From Microcystis aeruginosa NIES-2549 (lineage in GTDB: Bacteria > Cyanobacteriota > Cyanobacteriia > Cyanobacteriales > Microcystaceae): a DNA stretch of 32,000 nucleotides. The position numbers and the translations under genes are program-made. Location: assembly GCF_000981785.2 (NCBI RefSeq), contig NZ_CP011304.1, forward strand, positions 2,760,001 through 2,792,000, written 5' to 3'. The number at the start of each line of letters is the position of its first letter. The first letter of the stretch is position 1. This document shows positions 29,448 through 32,000 of the stretch, piece after piece. The notes beneath the pieces were generated by a model that was given only the letters and a program-made list of their open reading frames with translations, did no database searches and was not told where the DNA came from.

Positions 29448-29580
29448 ATTTAAATTGCTTGTTGAGACGAGGCAATAGGCTTCGGCCGTGAGCTCAGCCG
29501 AACGGCAAGAGGCAACAGTAAAGGGATTGGAGGAGATTCGGCTGATCATTAAGAATAAGCGGTTTAAATAAGTCTTAGCT
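29448..29580 (-). repeat. dispersed repeat / MITE (family B), copy 2
   Basis: Its reverse complement is collinear with 9007-9118 (AGCTAAGAC...GAATCTCC.C.AATCCCTTTACT.TTGC.TCTTGCC...CAA.AAGCAATTTAAAT). Confidence 0.5.
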
Positions 29581-29667
29581 TAACTGATAACTGATAACTG
29601 ATAACTGATAACTGATAACTGATAACTGATAACTGATAACTGATAACTGATAACTGATAACTGATAA
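29581..29667 (+). repeat. heptamer tandem repeat (TAACTGA)x12.4
   Basis: Counted directly: 87 nt of perfect repeat ending 3 nt before the ATG at 29671. Confidence 0.97.
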
Positions 29668-29670
29668 TTC

Positions 29671-30339
29671 ATGACTATAAAAGTAAAAGATCTCTGGTTT
29701 AGCTGGCCGAATGGGAAATCAGTATTAAATGGCTGCTCTTTGCAAGTTCCCAGAGGGGAATTTTGGATGTTGTTGGGGACAAATGGCAGCGGTAAATCAA
29801 CCCTGCTGCGGCTCTTAGCGGGATTATTAAAACCTAGTCGCGGGGAAATAGAGATACCTAACCCCCTCGGTTTTGTTTTTCAAAATCCCGACCATCAGTT
29901 AGTTATGCCAACAGTGGGGGCAGATGTGGCTTTTGGGTTGGTATCCGAGGGTTTATCCACGCCAGCAATTCGGGCCCGGGTGAGGGAATCCCTAGGGGCG
30001 GTGAATTTATTAGAAATGGAAAAACGACCGATCTATGCTCTCAGTGGCGGACAAAAGCAAAGAATCGCCATTGCGGGGGCTTTAGCTCGTCATTGCGAGG
30101 TTTTGCTCTTTGATGAACCCACCGCCCTTTTGGATGGGGATACTCAGTTAGAATTAGTCTCTCAAGTGCAGAAATTGGTCAAAAACCGGGGGATTACGGC
30201 CCTTTGGGTGACGCACCGCCTTGATGAATTGGATTACAGCGATGGAGCATTTTTGTTAGAGGGGGGCAAGGTAACGGATCGGGGAAATCCCCTAGAATTA
30301 AAAGCGAGATTATTGGCCAGTGCGGCGGGAGAATCCTAA
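29671..30339 (+). CDS. ABC transporter ATP-binding protein (CbiO/EcfA-like)
   Basis: Walker A GTNGSGKST, signature LSGGQKQRIAIAGAL, Walker B LLFDEPTALLD and H-loop VTHR. Confidence 0.8.
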   Translation: MTIKVKDLWFSWPNGKSVLNGCSLQVPRGEFWMLLGTNGSGKSTLLRLLAGLLKPSRGEIEIPNPLGFVFQNPDHQLVMPTVGADVAFGLVSEGLSTPAIRARVRESLGAVNLLEMEKRPIYALSGGQKQRIAIAGALARHCEVLLFDEPTALLDGDTQLELVSQVQKLVKNRGITALWVTHRLDELDYSDGAFLLEGGKVTDRGNPLELKARLLASAAGES

Positions 30340-30412
30340 ATTTTTTGTTAATATCATTAGGATGCTGTTTTTTAGAACTGCCCTTAATGCCACACAAATT
30401 ACTCTCAAAGCC

Positions 30413-30958
30413 ATGCTTAATTCTTCCGATCGTTCTCTCCTGCTGGTTGACGGCTACAACGTCATCGGCGCTTGGTCGTCCCTGAAAAAAATCAGCGATC
30501 GCCATGGTCTCGAACCGGCGCGAGACAAGTTAATTGAAACCCTAATCGGTTACACCCACCATCAGGGTTATCAAACCCAAATCGTCTTCGATTCCTACTT
30601 TCAAGACACCCCCGGCAGCCAGGAACGCTACACTAACCATTTATCGGTTTATTTTACCGCTCACGCTCAAACCGCCGACACCTATATCGAGAAAACCTGC
30701 GCCGATTTTTGGTACAATCGCGCCCCGGCTATCGGACGCATTATCGTCGCTACCTCTGATAATGCCCAAAAAATGACCGTTATGGGTTATGGGGCCCAGT
30801 GGATTTCCGCTCAACGTCTGGAAATCGAGGTGGATTTAACCGGTCGTCGTCTGAGAAAATCCCAGAGTTCTTCTCAAAGTCCCAAAGGGCGTTTTTTATT
30901 CCATTCTCTCGATGCTCAGGTGCAACAGAAATTAGAGAAAATGCGCCACGGAATTTAG
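30413..30958 (+). CDS. NYN-domain (YacP/Rae1-like) predicted ribonuclease
   Basis: LLLVDGYNVIGAW...., YFT....TADTYIE and IVATSD..Q are the YacP-like NYN signatures. I prefer the ATG at 30413 (MLNSSDRSLLLVDGYN) over the upstream start at 30320, which overlaps the preceding gene. Confidence 0.7.
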   Translation: MLNSSDRSLLLVDGYNVIGAWSSLKKISDRHGLEPARDKLIETLIGYTHHQGYQTQIVFDSYFQDTPGSQERYTNHLSVYFTAHAQTADTYIEKTCADFWYNRAPAIGRIIVATSDNAQKMTVMGYGAQWISAQRLEIEVDLTGRRLRKSQSSSQSPKGRFLFHSLDAQVQQKLEKMRHGI

Positions 30959-31102
30959 TTATCAAAAACCTTGACAAATTACCTCAAATATGTATCGACA
31001 AAATCACCAGTAGAGGCACAGGTAACTGTGTCTCTAAGCTTTTCAAGGTCAGTTGCGGTTCAGGGGATTTTGTCAAAAGCTGGTCCCTCTAAACCACTGG
31101 TT

Positions 31103-31822
31103 TCACAGTTGCAATTGTGCTAAACCTAAATAATTAATTCCCGTGGGTGTCACTTGGAAGCGACAGGGTAAAACCTTGACTCCTTTAGCCACTGCTTGAC
31201 GCAATAACTGCCCGTATTTAGCATCTTTACTATCCCCCGGAGCAAATCGGTCACAATCACCCCGATTGATAAAGTAGAGCATAATCGCTTCCGCTGCCGG
31301 CAATAAAGCCATTAATTCCTGTAAATGCTTCTGTCCCCGCGTGGTGACAGTATCGGGAAAAAGTGCCGTTTCTCCCTGATTCCAAGTGGTATTTTTGACC
31401 TCGATATAGGTGAGAGAATTATCCCCATGGCTCAAAAGAAAATCAATTCTACTGCCATTATTTTGACCGTAGGCCACTTCCGATCGCACCTCGGTGTCAT
31501 TTTTGACCAAATCGGGAAAAACCCCTTGCAACAGGGCATTTTTCACCACCTGATTAGGAAGATTGGTATTAACTCCCACCCAAGTCTCCCCCAGTTGAAT
31601 CATCTCCCAGGTGTAAGCTAATTTTCGCTTCGGGTTATCACTGCGAGAAAGATAAACCAGTTGACCTTCTACGCATACATCCGTCATCGGTCCGGTATTA
31701 GCGCAATGGGCCGTAATTAATTCTCCGTTGTCCAATTGTATCTCGGCAAAAAAGCGTTTGTAACGTTTAATTAAAATACCCTTGACAAGAGAAGGGTATG
31801 TGTGAACCAACAAGGAAGTCAT
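31103..31822 (-). CDS. sfsA: sugar fermentation stimulation protein A homologue (SfsA nuclease-fold DNA-binding protein)
   Basis: G.LIKRYKRFFAEI.L.NGE..TAHCANTGPM, the YIEVKN core and TTRG.KHL are characteristic of SfsA. The ATG at 31822 lies one codon inside the TTG used by the ORF track. Confidence 0.85.
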   Translation of the reverse strand: MTSLLVHTYPSLVKGILIKRYKRFFAEIQLDNGELITAHCANTGPMTDVCVEGQLVYLSRSDNPKRKLAYTWEMIQLGETWVGVNTNLPNQVVKNALLQGVFPDLVKNDTEVRSEVAYGQNNGSRIDFLLSHGDNSLTYIEVKNTTWNQGETALFPDTVTTRGQKHLQELMALLPAAEAIMLYFINRGDCDRFAPGDSKDAKYGQLLRQAVAKGVKVLPCRFQVTPTGINYLGLAQLQL

Positions 31823-32000
31823 CAAATTTTCGCCTGGCTATATAAGGTAAAGAATAGCCTTTTTTTGGGATCTTAACCTTAGTTTTGCGAGAAAATAGCT
31901 GATAGTCCCCAGTCAATCCTCAAAACCTCAAGGAGTGACAGAACAGTTAAAGAGCTTGAAATCGCTATGTCTTTCGGGAGAACGATTAGATTCTTGGCTC

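Noticed and set aside
30194-31092. ORFs 30194-30505 (-), 30780-30977 (-) and 30799-31092 (+).
   Set aside because: They are antisense or alternate-frame to the ABC ATPase and NYN-domain genes, or run into intergenic sequence. No motifs were recognised.

Overview
This is a cyanobacterial chromosomal segment. It has HIP1 GCGATCGC sites, psbO, psbD and heptamer STRR-type tandem repeats. The MITE and palindrome families look Microcystis-like, but that is an inference from memory. The window is a mosaic of housekeeping genes and mobile or defence material.

(1) 766-9686: a minus-strand type III-B (Cmr) effector operon, cas10-cmr3-cmr4-cmr5-cmr6::cmr1, sits next to a small, divergently oriented CRISPR array of six non-identical repeats. 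No cas6, cas1/cas2 or CARF/Csx gene is visible anywhere in the 32 kb. In the translations, the Cas10 HD dyad reads Q-A and the Cmr4 catalytic Asp position is non-acidic, while the Cas10 GGDD cyclase motif is intact. The operon also carries a MITE, a transposase scrap and a nonsense-riddled Uma2 pseudogene. It is therefore either a decaying system or a nuclease-dead, signalling- or binding-only variant. This is the most interesting item in the window.

(2) 9.7-13.6 kb: a PEP-CTERM gene, several MITEs, and a complete IS200/IS605 element (divergent tnpA/tnpB with subterminal hairpins). An orphan degenerate CRISPR repeat lies 3.8 kb from the array and abuts a MITE.

(3) 13.6-24 kb: an LprI-like protein, an O-methyltransferase, a phosphohexomutase, psbO, a stand-alone HsdR_N-type nuclease-fold protein, a DUF29 protein, an amino-acid ABC ATPase, a MITE-truncated and frameshifted response-regulator pseudogene, a DUF3011-like secreted protein, and a monocistronic psbD copy.

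(4) 24.5-28.8 kb: a restriction-modification island. It holds a C5-cytosine methyltransferase overlapping a PD-(D/E)xK endonuclease, then an AT-rich cassette with an apparently orphan gamma-class N6-adenine methyltransferase.

(5) 29-32 kb: a small conserved ORF, long heptamer arrays, an ABC/ECF-type ATPase, a NYN-domain protein and sfsA.

All protein calls rest on motif recognition by eye; no database search was possible.
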